Source: Octopus vulgaris
Lineage: Eukaryota
Assembly: GCA_951406725.2 (NCBI GenBank)
Contig: OX597824.1
Span: 19,096,001 to 19,160,000, forward strand
Reading direction: 5' to 3'
Length of the DNA stretch: 64,000 bases
Shown piece after piece: positions 12,723-26,804 of this stretch; the stretch's first letter is position 1; each line of letters starts with the position of its first letter. A program made the translations under genes and the position numbers. The notes beneath the pieces were generated by a model. It did not search any database. It had not been told where the DNA came from and saw only the letters and a program-made list of their open reading frames with translations.

Positions 12723-12730
<8 letters not shown>
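12571..12730. repeat. Perfect 52-bp inverted repeat with a 56-bp spacer
   Basis: 12571-12622 is the exact reverse complement of 12679-12730. Confidence 0.9.
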
Positions 12731-12758
<28 letters not shown>

Positions 12759-13077
12759 TATTTTCCTCTCGTTCTGGATTAACGACCCTCCATGTGTGTT
12801 TTCGTTCAGTTTCCTAGTTTGTTTCCACTGTCATTTTATTGTTCCCAACTTTGAACCTCCGTAAATCCTGAATTTAATTTTTTTTTATTAGTCTTTGAAG
12901 ACTAATATTGTCGTTGAATGCTCCAAATGAGGAGTAGATGAAGGGTCGTTTCTCTGCGTTTACTTGTCCTGTTTTCCATGTTTTCTTGTTGTTCACGTAT
13001 TTCTTTCGTTTATCCCTTATTTGGTTACGTATTTCATGTTATTTGCACTATTATTGACGTCCAGGAAGCATATATGC

Positions 13078-13176
<99 letters not shown>

Positions 13177-13268
13177 TAAATATATATATATATATATATA
13201 TTTATATAATACATACGCATTTACAAATACACATGCACTCAGAGATATACACACACACACATATATAT

Positions 13269-13329
<61 letters not shown>

Positions 13330-13547
13330 GTAGAGTAGATGAAACCATGGCGACTGAAGAAGGAGTTTTTTCTTTGTGTTAATTGTCCTGTACTCTATTT
13401 TTTTGTTGTTTAAAAAAATGTCTGTTTTCGTTTCTCATTGTGTTCGACGTTTTTTTTTGGTGTCCTGTACTCATATATGCGTGTATATATGCATGTAGAG
13501 GTAGGTACGTACATATATGTATATATATATGCATATGTTTTTATTTA

Positions 13548-13585
<38 letters not shown>

Positions 13586-13618
13586 TTCACTCACACTGAT
13601 ATATATATATATATATAT

Positions 13619-13675
<57 letters not shown>

Positions 13676-14636
13676 CAGACAGGCAGGCATACAATTCATA
13701 TATATTTTTATATAATACATGCACACACATTTACAAATATTCTTACATATACATACACACACACACATGTACAATAGAATAAATGATAGAAATCCTTGGT
13801 ACAGTATAACATATTTGCAAAAATTAATAGAAATAAAAGTTCTGATAATTTTTTCACTTTAATAATTAAATGTTTACAAAAAAATTATGAGTGAAGCTAT
13901 TTCTATTCATAAATACGCGGTGTTTATACGTATTATCTGATACAAGATGGCTGCGTGTGTTACGAAACGATATTAAATTTCACCGTTTGCACTGAGTGAG
14001 GAATATTCTCGGTTGGGAAGTATATCCAGAATAATGCAGCTTTTAATAGACGGATGGAGAATTGTGGGTACGTAATTTTCACATAATTTGTTGTTGTTGT
14101 TTTTTTGTTATGTCTGTCGAACCGTGTGTGAAAGACGCTGTATGGGTGGCAATAAGACGAAGAAATGCGTGTACAGTGAGCAGTAAGTGGAAGCGGAGGT
14201 TACGATAGACAGAAGCAGATTCTCAGAAGCAGAATGTCCTTTTGTAGTAACGATAGAAGGGGGCAGGATGGAGATAGACTCGCCGTGATACTATAAATAA
14301 TAGTTTAAATACTTAAAGATGTACATACTTAAATACGCAAGATGATGTTTTTGTTGTTTTTTTTATATGGTCCCTGGATTGTTGTTGTTGCTTTTTTTTT
14401 TAAATGCATTGGTTTATTTTCGTTTTAGTTTTTCGGGGTTTTTTTTTCTTTCTTTCGAAAATCGGCTTTCGTTAAAGTTGGTGTTGGTGTTGGTGTTGGT
14501 GTTGGTGTTAGTATTAACGTGAGTGTTGGTGTTAATGGTGATGTTGTCAGCTTGTTTTCAGCACAAAAAACATTAACATTTATGACGAACGCGACTGAAG
14601 TTTATTGTTAAGGAAAGGAAGGGTGAATATTCATAC

Positions 14637-14680
<44 letters not shown>

Positions 14681-15115
14681 ATGTTTGTATATACATATAT
14701 ATATATGTATTTATGTATGTATGTATGTATATATATATATATGTATTTATGTATGTATGTATATATATATGTATGTATATATATATATGTAAGTATGTAT
14801 GTATGTGTATGTATTTATGTATGTATGGATATATATATGTATGTATGTATATATATATGTATGTATGTATATATGTATATATGTAAGTATGTATGTATGT
14901 GTGTATGTATGTATGTATGTATATAGATATATGTATTTATGTATGTATGTATGTATGTATGTGTATGTATGTATGTATGTATGTATATATATGTATTTAT
15001 GTATGTATGTATGTATGTATGTATGTATATATATATATGTATGTATGTATATATATATATGTAAGTATGTATGTTTATGTATATGTATGTATATGTATTT
15101 ATATATATATATTTG

Positions 15116-15277
15116 GGCGTGGGAGTGGCTGTGTGGTAAGTAGCTTGCTTACGAACCACATGGTTCCGGGTTCAGTCCTACTACGTGGAACCTTGGGCGG
15201 GTGTCTTCTACTATAGCCTCGGGCCGACCAAAGCCTTGTGAGTGGATTTGGTAGACGGAAGCTGAAAGAAGCCCATC

Positions 15278-15326
<49 letters not shown>

Positions 15327-15332
15327 TGTTAT

Positions 15333-15363
<31 letters not shown>

Positions 15364-15572
15364 CTGTGTTTGTCCCCCTACCCTCAAAATCGCTTGACAA
15401 CCGATCCTGGAGTGTTTACGCCCCCGTAATCCAGCGGTTCAGCAAAATAGACCGATAAAATAAGAATTAGGCTTATAAAGAATAAGTCCTGGGGGGTCGA
15501 TTTGCTCGACTAAAGGCGGTGCTCCAGCATGGCCGCAGTCAAATGACTGAAACAAGGAAAAGAGTAAAAGAG
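15116..15572 (+). mobile_element. SINE B, full length
   Basis: Head, internal TA/TG microsatellite and tail all present. Confidence 0.9.
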
Positions 15573-15692
15573 TATATCTATATATATATTCATCGTCTAA
15601 CAAATGTAACTTTAAGCATTGCTTTAATATCGTTATATAAATATAGCAGTAATGAAATATAATACGATTTTAAATCTACTATTTATACATGA

Positions 15693-16079
15693 TGGAAGCA
15701 TTCCGTCGGTAACGACGATGAGGGTTCCGGTTGATCCGAATCAACGGAACAGCCTGCTCGTAAAATTAACGTGTAAGTGGCTGAGCACTCCACGGACACG
15801 TGCACCCTTAACGTAGTTCTCGGGGATATTCAGCGTGACACAGAGAGTGGCAAGGCCGGCCCCTTTGAAATACAGGTAATAACAGAAACAGGAAGAAAGA
15901 GTGAGAGAAAGTTGTGGTGAAAGAGTACAGCAAGGATCACCACCGCCCCCTGCCGGAGCCTCGTAGAGCTTTTGGGTGTTTTCGCTCAATAAACACTCAC
16001 AACGCCCGGTCTGGGAATCGAAACCGCGATCCTATGACCGCGAGTCCGCTGCCCTAACCACTGGGCCATTGCGCCTCCA
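15693..16079 (-). mobile_element. tRNA(Arg)-like SINE, head D plus tail T1
   Basis: Minus strand GGAGGCGCAATGGCCCAGTGGTTAGGGCAGCGGACTCGCGGTC...GGTTTCGATTCCC. The 3' half matches the 4005 and 62281 copies. Confidence 0.85.
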
Positions 16080-16379
16080 CATTTATACATCTATTATGAT
16101 AAATGTGGTTTACTGTTTTACTATAATATCGAATTTTTATTCGAGTGTCATAGAGAATCATATTACTTTAGAAAATGATAATGTCGACCACAAAAACAGC
16201 AACAAAGACAATAAAAAAAAATAACAATAGTCGTGTCTAATACAGGCAGGAAGCCAGAGGCTGGTGGCCGTTGAAGTTATTCAGTTAAATCAACCTCTCG
16301 GTTCTTGCTACGGCACTGTATTAGCGGCCCACGAGGCAAATTTATATATGTGTAAATATGGTTTTTTGGTTATATACTT

Positions 16380-16611
16380 ATGCAAGTCATTTGACGGCGG
16401 CCATGCTGGAGTATCGCATTTAGTCGAACAAATCGACCCCAGCACTTACGCTTTGTAAGCCCAGTACTTGGTCTTTTGGTCTCTTTTGCCGAACCCCTAA
16501 GATACGGGGACGTAAACGCACCAACATCGGTTGTCAAGCGGTTATGGGAGGTAAACACAGACACATACATACATACATACATGCATACATACTTACATAC
16601 ATAATACATAT

Positions 16612-16650
<39 letters not shown>

Positions 16651-16847
16651 CTCTTTTACTTGTTTCAGTCATCTGACAGCGGCCATGCTGGAGTACCATC
16701 TTTAGTCGAACAAATCGACCCCAGGACTTATTCTTTGTAAGCCTAGCACTTATTCTATCGCTATCTTTTGCTGAACCGCTAAGTTACGGGACAAACGCAC
16801 CAGCATCGGTTGTCAAGCGATTATGGGAAATAAACACAAACATACAA

Positions 16848-16924
<77 letters not shown>

Positions 16925-17052
16925 GACGAGCTTCTTTCAGTTTCCGTCTATCAAATCCACTCACAAGGCTTTGGTCGGCCCGAGGCTATAGTAGAAGACA
17001 CTCCCTCAAGCTTCCACGGAGTGGGACTGAATCCACACAGCCACTGCTTGCG
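16380..17052 (-). mobile_element. Two SINE B copies (3' half at 16380-16565; near full length at 16651-17052)
   Basis: Family B tail sequence occurs twice, separated by a microsatellite. Confidence 0.85.
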
Positions 17053-17195
17053 TGTGGAATTTATAAACATTTAATGCATTGTTACGCGCGTTTCCACAAA
17101 TCACATGACTCTTAATATCACATGCTTTATTCTTACAAAGATTACAGTGTAGACCGTAAGTTTCTACCACCATCATGACTAACATTTCTTTTTTC

Positions 17196-17503
17196 CGAAT
17201 ATGCTTGGTGCACATTCGAACTAGGGAAGAAGCTACCCACTGCGTTTTATCATGGAGATTATATCTCACAAGTAGACAAATGGTATGTAGACACCTAGAT
17301 CAGCTCGCAGCGCCGTCTACCTAGACTGTGAGATGCTAGCATTTCGGAGTAGTTATCGCCTCATCGGTTTCAGTCTAGGTAGACGGCGCTGTGAGCTGAC
17401 CTAGGTATATACACACCATTTGTCAACAATAGAGATATATTCTGCGTCGCAAAACGCAATGAGAAGATTGTTCCGTAGTTCCAACGTGCGTCAAGTATAT
17501 TCG
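17196..17503. mobile_element. MITE-like foldback with ~140-bp diverged arms
   Basis: Inner arms CAGCGCCGTCTACCTAGACTG and CAGTCTAGGTAGACGGCGCTG. The match extends to CGAATATGCTTG / CAAGTATATTCG. Confidence 0.75.
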
Positions 17504-18199
17504 AACTGATAATAACGATGCAATTTCACTTATCACTACTTAGAGCTCACCCTCCGCGATTAAAAGAATATTTAAATGATTATTTTATTTCATCTAAAGC
17601 AAATTGGTGGAGGGGCTTTTAAGTAATCCGAGGTGTTTCGTCGGCATTTTTTCAAGACGCTCAATGTTTGCTTTTGCTTGACCATTGACCTACAGCTCTG
17701 TCCCAAAATGGTAATCTATGAGACATGACTCAAAAACGGTGTTGACTCTCGATCATCATCCATGAACCTCTTAACACGAGTCAACTAAGCAGTTGCATGT
17801 GCATCATCAGAATACAAGACTTTCCTCGAGTTTAAAATGTGGTTTTGTTTTTGTTGTACTTCGGGATGGTCTTTTTGCTTTTTCCAAATAAACACACGCA
17901 CTATCTATTCCTTCTTCACTCGTTTATTACTGTTCTTATTCTATCTCATATCCATCGTCCGGAAATCTTAAATCACACATCTGTGATCTCTTCAGCGACA
18001 CTTTCCGTCCTCGTGTGCACTCCTGCTCCGCTTAGTCCGGTTTCACATCAGGAACCTTGCAACACAAATTCATAAACGTAAAGATTTTGTTTTTGTTATC
18101 TATATATTAAGATATCAACAGACAAAAGAATGAAGATCTTAGTTTCCCTTTATTTTCTTTCTTCTCTTCCACTTTTGCATCAACCTCTGTCGCGTTCCT

Positions 18200-18363
18200 T
18201 TTCCCGTTTTCTCATCTCTCCCTGTTTCTTTCTGTGTTCCTTTCTGTAGAAGAGCGTAGGCTCGAAACGTAAAAGTCTTTTTCAATTCCTGAACGTTATA
18301 CTAATATATCTGTTTGTTTTCTACACCACCTGTCTTCGTCTTTTGTTTTTTCGTGAATTCTCC
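18200..18363 (+). mobile_element. Penelope-like terminal repeat remnant with a hammerhead-like motif (family U)
   Basis: CTTT-CTGTAGA-A-GAGC-GTAG-GCTC-GAAA-CG-TA-AAAG. Homologous to 55135 and to 56570-57381. The Penelope assignment is inference. Confidence 0.55.
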
Positions 18364-19242
18364 TTATATATATATATATATATATATATGCACATACATA
18401 TATACACATACATACATATGTATGTACAAGTACGTTTGCTTATGACGCAAGAACGAGAGTGCTTAATTTGGAGGTTTTGTTGAAATTGAAACGGACTCTG
18501 TCTCTTCTTTCGAGTTTCACGCCAACGCGAGCGCTCGCCTGCAGATCGTTGTAGCACGAAACTCGGGTGACAGGAAAATCTTTCAATTTCAAATTTTCAA
18601 AAACTACATATATGTAGTTATATATATGTGTGTATGTGTCTGTGTGTGCATGTGTGTATGAACGTATGCAAATCTATATATGGATGGATGGATGGATGGA
18701 TGGATGGATGGATGGAAGAATGGATAAATTTATGTAAGACCAATGTTCAACACTTCTATCGGATGCATACACAACAACCCTGGTATAATTCTTTTGAACA
18801 AAACAGAAAAAAATATGTAATGTACAGATATCAGCTGCTTTGCAGATGGGAACATTCCTTTCGAAATCAGTGAAAAGAAGCAAAAAACAAGAGGGCTTTT
18901 ATAGACAACTACTTCGAAACCAATTGCTCTTTGCCTCTCAGAATATAAAATGACACTTTTCTCATAATAAATGACGCGCGACGTAGACAAAGGAAGAGAT
19001 TGATGTCCACCGAAGTATTTCTGCATGCAGAACATTTAAAGTAAGATCTGTCTAGTATTCAGCATGCAAGCTTCTACTCGTGCTGGCCTTGTTCTTATCT
19101 AAATTACAGCTATGGAGGTTTGTTTCTTATTTGGAATAAAATATAGAGGCGTAGGCGCAGGCGTGGTTGTGCGGGAAGAAGCTTGCTACCCAACCACATG
19201 ACTCCGGGCTCAATGGCCGCAGTCTAATAAGTGAAACAAGAG

Positions 19243-19288
<46 letters not shown>

Positions 19289-19289
<1 letters not shown>

Positions 19290-19791
19290 TAGCAGTATCG
19301 CCCGGCGTTGCTCGGGTTTGTAAGGGAAATAACTATATAAGCATTTTTAGAGAGTTACTTCCCTTATAGATGCCAATTCGGGCTTTCTTAGCCATTTCTG
19401 TTTTGGTGTCTTCAAGCCATGAAGTCGTTGTTCTAAAAGAACGCTGGTCTCCTTGACAACGCTTTACGACGTTGATTTCCTTACACTCCCTTCCCCACAG
19501 CTTCACGAGGGAGGGAAGAAGGGGAGAAGCAAACAGGTGCAGGTGTGACCATGGACGCCAACTCCGCCGCCATCGACACACGAAAAATTATGCATTAAAA
19601 TGGAATAAAAAATTATGTTAAATTATTTTTAAAATCGTAGACTCATCGTTGATGCGCGCTAATAACCAGACGGGCTCGATATGAATCACGACTATAAGAT
19701 ACCCGAATTTGGTTAAACTGCACCGCAAAATGTGGGAGTAGTTAGGAATTTAAATCGAAGGGGACAGACACTCACACAACTAGAGTTTTAT

Positions 19792-19795
<4 letters not shown>
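19289..19795 (-). mobile_element. Non-autonomous Helitron, copy 2 (extra ~210-bp internal segment)
   Basis: The + strand A|CTAGCAGTATCGCCCGGCGTTGCTCGGG is the reverse complement of the 3' terminus. The 5' end merges into (TA)n. Confidence 0.85.
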
Positions 19796-19822
<27 letters not shown>

Positions 19823-20190
19823 GGCGCAGGAGTGACTGTGTGGTAGGTACTAGCTTGCTTCCAAACCACATGGATCCGGGTTCAGTTTCACTACGTGACA
19901 CCTTGGGCAAGTGACTTCTACTTATGGCCTCCGGCTGACCAGAGCCATGTCAGTGGCTTTGGTAGACGGAAACTGAAAGATGTATGTATGTATGCATGTA
20001 TGTGTGTGTGTGTGTGTGTTGTGTGTGTGTGTATGTTTTCGTACCCATTACTTAGCTGTTCGGCAAAAGGGACTTATAGAATAAGTACTAGGCTTCCAAA
20101 GAATAAGTACTAGGGTAGATTTGCTCGACTAAAGGTGGTGCTCCAGCATAGCCGTAGTCAAATGACTGAAACAATAGATTAAAAGAATAA
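19823..20190 (+). mobile_element. SINE B with internal deletion
   Basis: Family B head and tail present. Confidence 0.85.
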
Positions 20191-20374
20191 AATATAAATA
20201 TATATATGCATGTATGTATACATATATATGTGTACATATATGTGTATATACATAAATATATGTGTGTGTGTGTGTGTGTGTGTTTGTATAGCTAGCTAGA
20301 TAGATAGATATATAGATACACACACATGCGTACATGCATACATATAAATATACACATACACACATATATAGAGA

Positions 20375-20377
<3 letters not shown>

Positions 20378-20407
<30 letters not shown>

Positions 20408-20581
20408 TGTATGTATGTATGTATGTATGTATGTATGTATGTATGTGTGTGTGTATGTATGTATGTATGTATGTGTATGTATGTATGTATGTATGTATGT
20501 ATGTATGTGTGTGTATGTATGTATGTATGTGTGTGTGTATGTATGCATGTATGTATGTATGTATGTATGTATGTATGTATG

Positions 20582-20613
<32 letters not shown>

Positions 20614-20830
20614 TGTATGTATGTATGTATGTATGTATGTATGTATGTATGTATGTATGTATGTATGTATGTATGTATGTATGTATGTGTGTGTGTATGT
20701 ATGCATGTATGTATGTATGTATGTATGTATGTATGTATGTATGTATGTATGTATGTATGTATGTATGTATGTATGTATGTATGTATGTATGTATGTATGT
20801 ATGTATGTATGTATGTATGTATGTATATGT
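20378..20830. repeat. (TATG)n microsatellite, ~450 bp
   Basis: Direct reading. Similar arrays at 14640-15110, 32385-32820 and 47250-47490. Confidence 0.95.
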
Positions 20831-21492
20831 GTACGTATTTTCTCTGATTTTCTTCGTTACACAGACTGCAGAGTCATGCACATAAAAAACCCATACACAC
20901 ACACACAGTCATCACATGTGTTAGCGATTCCGTCTCATTCTGATTAATTAGTTATTCTGAAGTGTTTCTTTCTAATCCTTAAATATGGCATGTGTACACT
21001 TTAGGTTTCTCGTCTGAAGTTTTTGTGTATATTTTTTAAATATTTTTTCACTGTTTTTCATATATCACCGTCCAGACGTAGGTGAGCGAAAAATACACTC
21101 TATATATATATATATATATGAGGGGAGTGTGCATGTAGTTATAATTTACAGTTTTACACACATGTACAGATGCAATACCTTCGTAAATCGTCAGAGTTTT
21201 ATCACATACATATATATATGCGAGTGTATATATATATATACACAGACACATATATATAAAAATATGTATACATATATATCATTATATATATATATGTATA
21301 TATACATATATATACATGTATGTATATATGTATATATATATATATTTATAATATATTCTTACATATCTATATATATATATATATATATACAAGGAAATTC
21401 ATGTATTTATACATATGCATATATATGTTTGTGTATATATATTTAATGTTGGTTTTTATCTCGAGTTAGAACAAAAGGAATTTTACACTAAA

Positions 21493-21553
<61 letters not shown>

Positions 21554-21681
21554 GCATTAACAAAAATATGTTGACATCTTGATAAAGAGTAAGCAGCCCG
21601 AAACTTCAAAGTGGCTATCAGCACTACTGCTGTTACAGAAAACACAGTCACACACATATACACACAGACGCACGCACCCAA

Positions 21682-21712
<31 letters not shown>

Positions 21713-22208
21713 TTTATATTTACATATATATTTATATCAGTATATATTCTCTAACCGTCTTAAAAAAATTACTGTATATACATAATAACAATGAGAGCAT
21801 TGTATTGAGTTTACGCTTGTATGCATGTCTCTACGGCCTTTCATCAACCTTCCGGGGTCAATAAGAAAGGGTTAATCCAGTGTGGTGAATTCACAGAACC
21901 GTTAGAGGCTCGGTTATCTTGTCTTGTGGTGTATGTTCCTGGCCCGTTTGTATTCTGTCTGCAGCTCCTGCATCGGCTCTTGCGCTAAGCTTAGTGACCC
22001 AAGTCGGCAGCATCTTCCTTGTATAAACTTTGGGTGCACGGAGCCTGAGGTTTTCCATGCATGGACAACTGCCAGATTTCCTTAAAAAATCTTGCTCAAG
22101 GATTGCATATATGCACGTCGATGTTCGAAGAAACTTGACTGACGGTAGCCCGCCAAAATGTGTGTGTGTGTGTGTGTTTGTGTTTTTGTGTGTTTGTGTG
22201 TGTGTTTT

Positions 22209-22266
<58 letters not shown>

Positions 22267-23037
22267 TGTGTATACAAACATCATTTTCTTCTCATTATTT
22301 TAAAACGACAGCGTGTGACATGAGCAAGTTTCGACTGCTCTTTCTAGCAAGCAGAATGTACCTCGCTAGATTTTCATCTTCTTTTCGTCCGAGGCAAGCT
22401 TGATACTATAAATATACCAGCACATTCTACTTATTCACATCTTGGCTGAATACTTTACCGAGACAATGTCTAACGTTAGTGATAATGTGTTATAAAACCT
22501 ACAACCAGTGGACCAATATCGCATCGTCTTGGACAGCTGTAGCTCATAAACGACTTATTCTTTAAGAAATATACTCATTGCACAAGCTCTGTAGTTTATT
22601 AGAGAGTAGCAGGAGGTTCTCCTTGTTATCAGAATCTTCAATAGTTTTGATACTGGGTTGGGCCAACTCTTTTCTTACAATTTCCGGTCTTCGAGAGGGT
22701 TTTTTTCTTTTATGTATATGAAATTTTCTACAGTGACCCGATCCTTAAATAAGGAATCCGGCACCCAAAAAGGAAGAGAAAAAAAAAGGGGTATTCTCAT
22801 TGTATTATATATACACTGATTTTTATGATTGTTCAGAGAGAAAAGCAACAACACCAAAACATTGAAAATAAAAAAAAAGATAATAAAGGATAGATTTCTA
22901 TCGTACAGAAAAGTTAGCAGCCATCTACGTTTTATTTTTTAATGTTTTTCCCCATAATATAAATATTTGATAACAACGAGATAAGGTGTTGATTTAATTG
23001 AAAAGACGTGACGACTTGGTATATATAAGGGTATGGC

Positions 23038-23101
<64 letters not shown>

Positions 23102-23614
23102 TAATAATGATAGTCTAGCGGGTGAATGCGTTAGAGTAATTGCTTTAGGCAAGTAAATAATACTCCTTTAGAAGTCTGGCCGAAGTTGTGCATATGGGAA
23201 GCATCTGTTTGGTAATAATTGTCTGTCTATTAGTTTTGTGTTTCACGAATACAGCCGAAAGTATTCCAAATGTGAGACATTGCTCCGATTTCTAAGACAA
23301 AGGAAATTTTTGTAGACGAATAAATAGTGCGAACCATTTGTGAAATATCATTAAGTTATAATTGGTTCAGTAATTAAAGGTTAATTAATTAGGAATTTAA
23401 AAAAATAAGAAACAGGGTCGGGGTTAAAGAGTATGAGTTTTAACGTGTTTGAAATTATTTGGAGCTGACTTTTCAGTATTTTCTTCAATTTTATAAAATA
23501 CTGAAATAAACCATCATGAATTCCAATTGGAGTTCGATAGAATTATTAAATTATTGGACTTCTGCATTTTCAAAATCGATAGATTTGTCCTCAGAAGACC
23601 GTCTGGATTCTGAC

Positions 23615-24085
23615 AGTGGTTGTGTGGTAAGTAGATTGCTTACGAACCACATGGTTCTGGGTTCAGTCCCACTGCGTGGCACATTGGGCAAGTGTCTTCT
23701 ACTATACCCTCTACCACGGTATCTTTTATATTAGGAATTTAAACCACGCTGAGGCCAGCTTCTAGTTCAACTTTCTGTGATTCAGAAAACCAATGCCATT
23801 AGAATACTAAAGCCTTGTGAGTCGATTTGGTAGACGGAAACTGAAAGAAGCCCGTCGTGCTTATTTATGTGTATATACATATGTGTGTGTGTGTTTGTGT
23901 GTCTGTCTTTGTCCCCCCAACATCGCTGGTGTGTTTACGTCCCCGTAACTTAGCGGTTCGGCAAAAGACACCGATAGAATAAGTACTAGGTATGCAAAGA
24001 ATAAGTCCTAGGGTCGATTTGCTCGTCTAAAGGCGGTGCTTCAGCATGGCCGCAGTCAAATGACTGAAACAAGTATCAGAATAAA
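23615..24085 (+). mobile_element. SINE B carrying a 105-bp captured insert
   Basis: Family B sequence interrupted at 23708-23812 by a copy of 27858-27962. Confidence 0.9.
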
Positions 24086-24285
24086 CGACAACCTAATAGC
24101 GTAAAAACTAACAAGGCTGACAATATCGTAAGACGATATAGATACAACGGCGTGGGATGGTCATGGCTGGCACTGTTCTGATCATACGTCTTCTCATACG
24201 TACACAAAACAATGTACATGATAACACTTTCAATCAATTAAGATCAGCAGCCATGAGAGCCACTGTCTGGTACTGCATCAGGGCA

Positions 24286-24313
24286 ATTATTATTATTATT
24301 ATTATTATTATTA

Positions 24314-24364
<51 letters not shown>

Positions 24365-24398
24365 GCTCTGATTATTAATATTATTAAGTATTATTAGG

Positions 24399-24465
<67 letters not shown>

Positions 24466-24499
24466 ATTATTATTATTATTATCATCATTATTATCATCA

Positions 24500-24568
<69 letters not shown>

Positions 24569-24625
24569 GTAGTATTAGTAGTAGTAGTAGTAGTAGTAGT
24601 ATTATTATTATTAATATTATTATTA

Positions 24626-24658
<33 letters not shown>

Positions 24659-24670
24659 TCATCATTATTA

Positions 24671-24755
<85 letters not shown>
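24286..24755. repeat. Compound (ATT/ATC/AGT)n microsatellite
   Basis: Direct reading. Confidence 0.95.
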
Positions 24756-24756
<1 letters not shown>

Positions 24757-25087
24757 GAGTGAGAGAGCAGTGCATGCCATCAAAATATACGAAGCCCAAT
24801 ATACCCATCATGACTACCCGTCTGATAAGGGTACACCAGGCACATGCATCACAACCATATATGCGCGACATGGTGATCTCATATCAAGATAAACAGCACA
24901 TGACCTTGCAGGTGGAGCCCAGTTAGAATTTTCTTCAGGTTGAGTAGCCCATCCTGCTCAAAAGGTCCCTGAGAAAGGGTTGTTTAAGGATGTTGAACGA
25001 AACACCCATGTTTCCAGAGGTGAATTATCCAAACCCCAAAGAATCTCTCTCAACACACGGCTATGATGCTCCCTCTCTACTTCTGCA
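24756..25087 (-). mobile_element. Probable retroposon 3' end running into (AAT)n
   Basis: GC-balanced block abutting the ATT array precisely, so the minus strand ends ...CTCTCACTC-(AAT)n. Single copy here, so family unverified. Confidence 0.45.
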
Positions 25088-25089
25088 TA

Positions 25090-25093
25090 TCGT

Positions 25094-25125
<32 letters not shown>

Positions 25126-25296
25126 CATATATACGACAGGCTTCTTTCTGTTTCCATCTACCAAATCCACTCACAAGGCACTGGTCGGCCCGAGGCTATA
25201 GAAGAAGACACTTGCCCAAGGTGCCATGCAGTAGGAATGAACCAGGAACCTTGTGGTTGTTAAGCAAGCTACTTACCACACAGCCAGTCCTGCGCC
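25090..25296 (-). mobile_element. SINE B 5' half
   Basis: Reverse complement of the family B head up to the internal microsatellite. Confidence 0.85.
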
Positions 25297-25404
25297 TTAT
25301 ATATATATACACACACACTCACATATATATACTAGGAGATGCATACATGCACTAACTTGTTTAAGACTAATGCACAGGAATCCATACACACGTACACCCA
25401 CCCA

Positions 25405-25465
<61 letters not shown>

Positions 25466-26187
25466 ATGTATGTATGTATGTATGTATGTATGTATGTATG
25501 TATGTATGTATGTGTATATATATATATATATATAGACGCAGCACATCATGCATTTATACAATACATACATTTTTATACATATATATATAAATATATATAT
25601 ATATTGGTATTGAATTCCAGCAAGAACACAAGAGTGCCCCACGACCAGCAACATGGCTGAAGAGCTCTTAAGTGTCTACTTTACCGTTGAACACAAGATA
25701 CCAAACACTTTAGGATTATAAGACAAGTGCACAATATCCCGTCCTTAACAAACAACTTGACCTCTCCAAGTAATAGCCATCTTGAAGTGATAATCATTTC
25801 GCCATCTTCCACAGAATTGCTTCCTTTATTTTGGTTCTATTATTATTTCTTACCATTTTTCGTTCTTAGTTTCTTTCCCTTGCGTTCTGACATTACTGTT
25901 TTGTTTTTTAGGCTATTTTTTTTTAGTTTTTTTTTGTTTTTTTTCTTTCTTCCTCTAAGCAGAGCATACTACACTGACTATTTATATCTTGGGCATTTAT
26001 TCCTCACCATTGTGTGTGTGTGTGATGTGTGTGTGTGTGATGTGTGTGTGTGCTTGAATGTGTTGTTGTGTGTGTGTATGTGGGTGGGTGCTAGTTCAGG
26101 AAAACATTAATTTATATGAACACCCGCATACGTACGTACAAGCAAACAGTCATCAACGTATACATGCATACATGCATACATACACAC

Positions 26188-26244
<57 letters not shown>

Positions 26245-26330
26245 TATATATGCATATATAGATGTATGTATGTATATATGCATATATAGATGTATGTATG
26301 TATACATGCATGTATGTATATATGTATACA

Positions 26331-26379
<49 letters not shown>

Positions 26380-26736
26380 GTGTGTGTGTATGTATATGTA
26401 TGTATATATGTATACACGCATGGATATACATATATATATATATATATACATACATACATACATACATATATATATATATACACACACACATATATATATA
26501 TACACATATACACACATATATATATATGTATAAATATATATACATAATTATATATAGTAAACATGCACACACATACATACACACAAACACGTCCGCGCAC
26601 ACATGTGTGAGCGTGTGCGTGTGTGATGCAACAAGATCCCTTACGTCACGAAATGAAAGAAAAGAAAGTCGTTGTAATGTTGTGCATTTGAAGAAGAAAA
26701 AGAACTATAATAACAACAACAACAACGACGACAATG

Positions 26737-26804
<68 letters not shown>

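Noticed and set aside
15990-16079. tRNA gene candidates at SINE heads
   Set aside because: A and B boxes are present, but the acceptor stem is not closed and the sequence continues into SINE bodies.
17640-17830. Minus-strand LYSDDA resembling an RT YADD motif
   Set aside because: Flanking translation gives no further RT motifs. Too weak without a profile search.
17955-18000. Minus-strand CTGAAGA followed by a GATCACA/TGTGATT stem (hammerhead?)
   Set aside because: No GAAA after stem II and no clear stem I. At best a decayed relic.
20129-20947. YIHT/MYVC-repeat ORFs here and throughout the window
   Set aside because: Translations of (TATG)n, (TA)n and (TG)n microsatellites.
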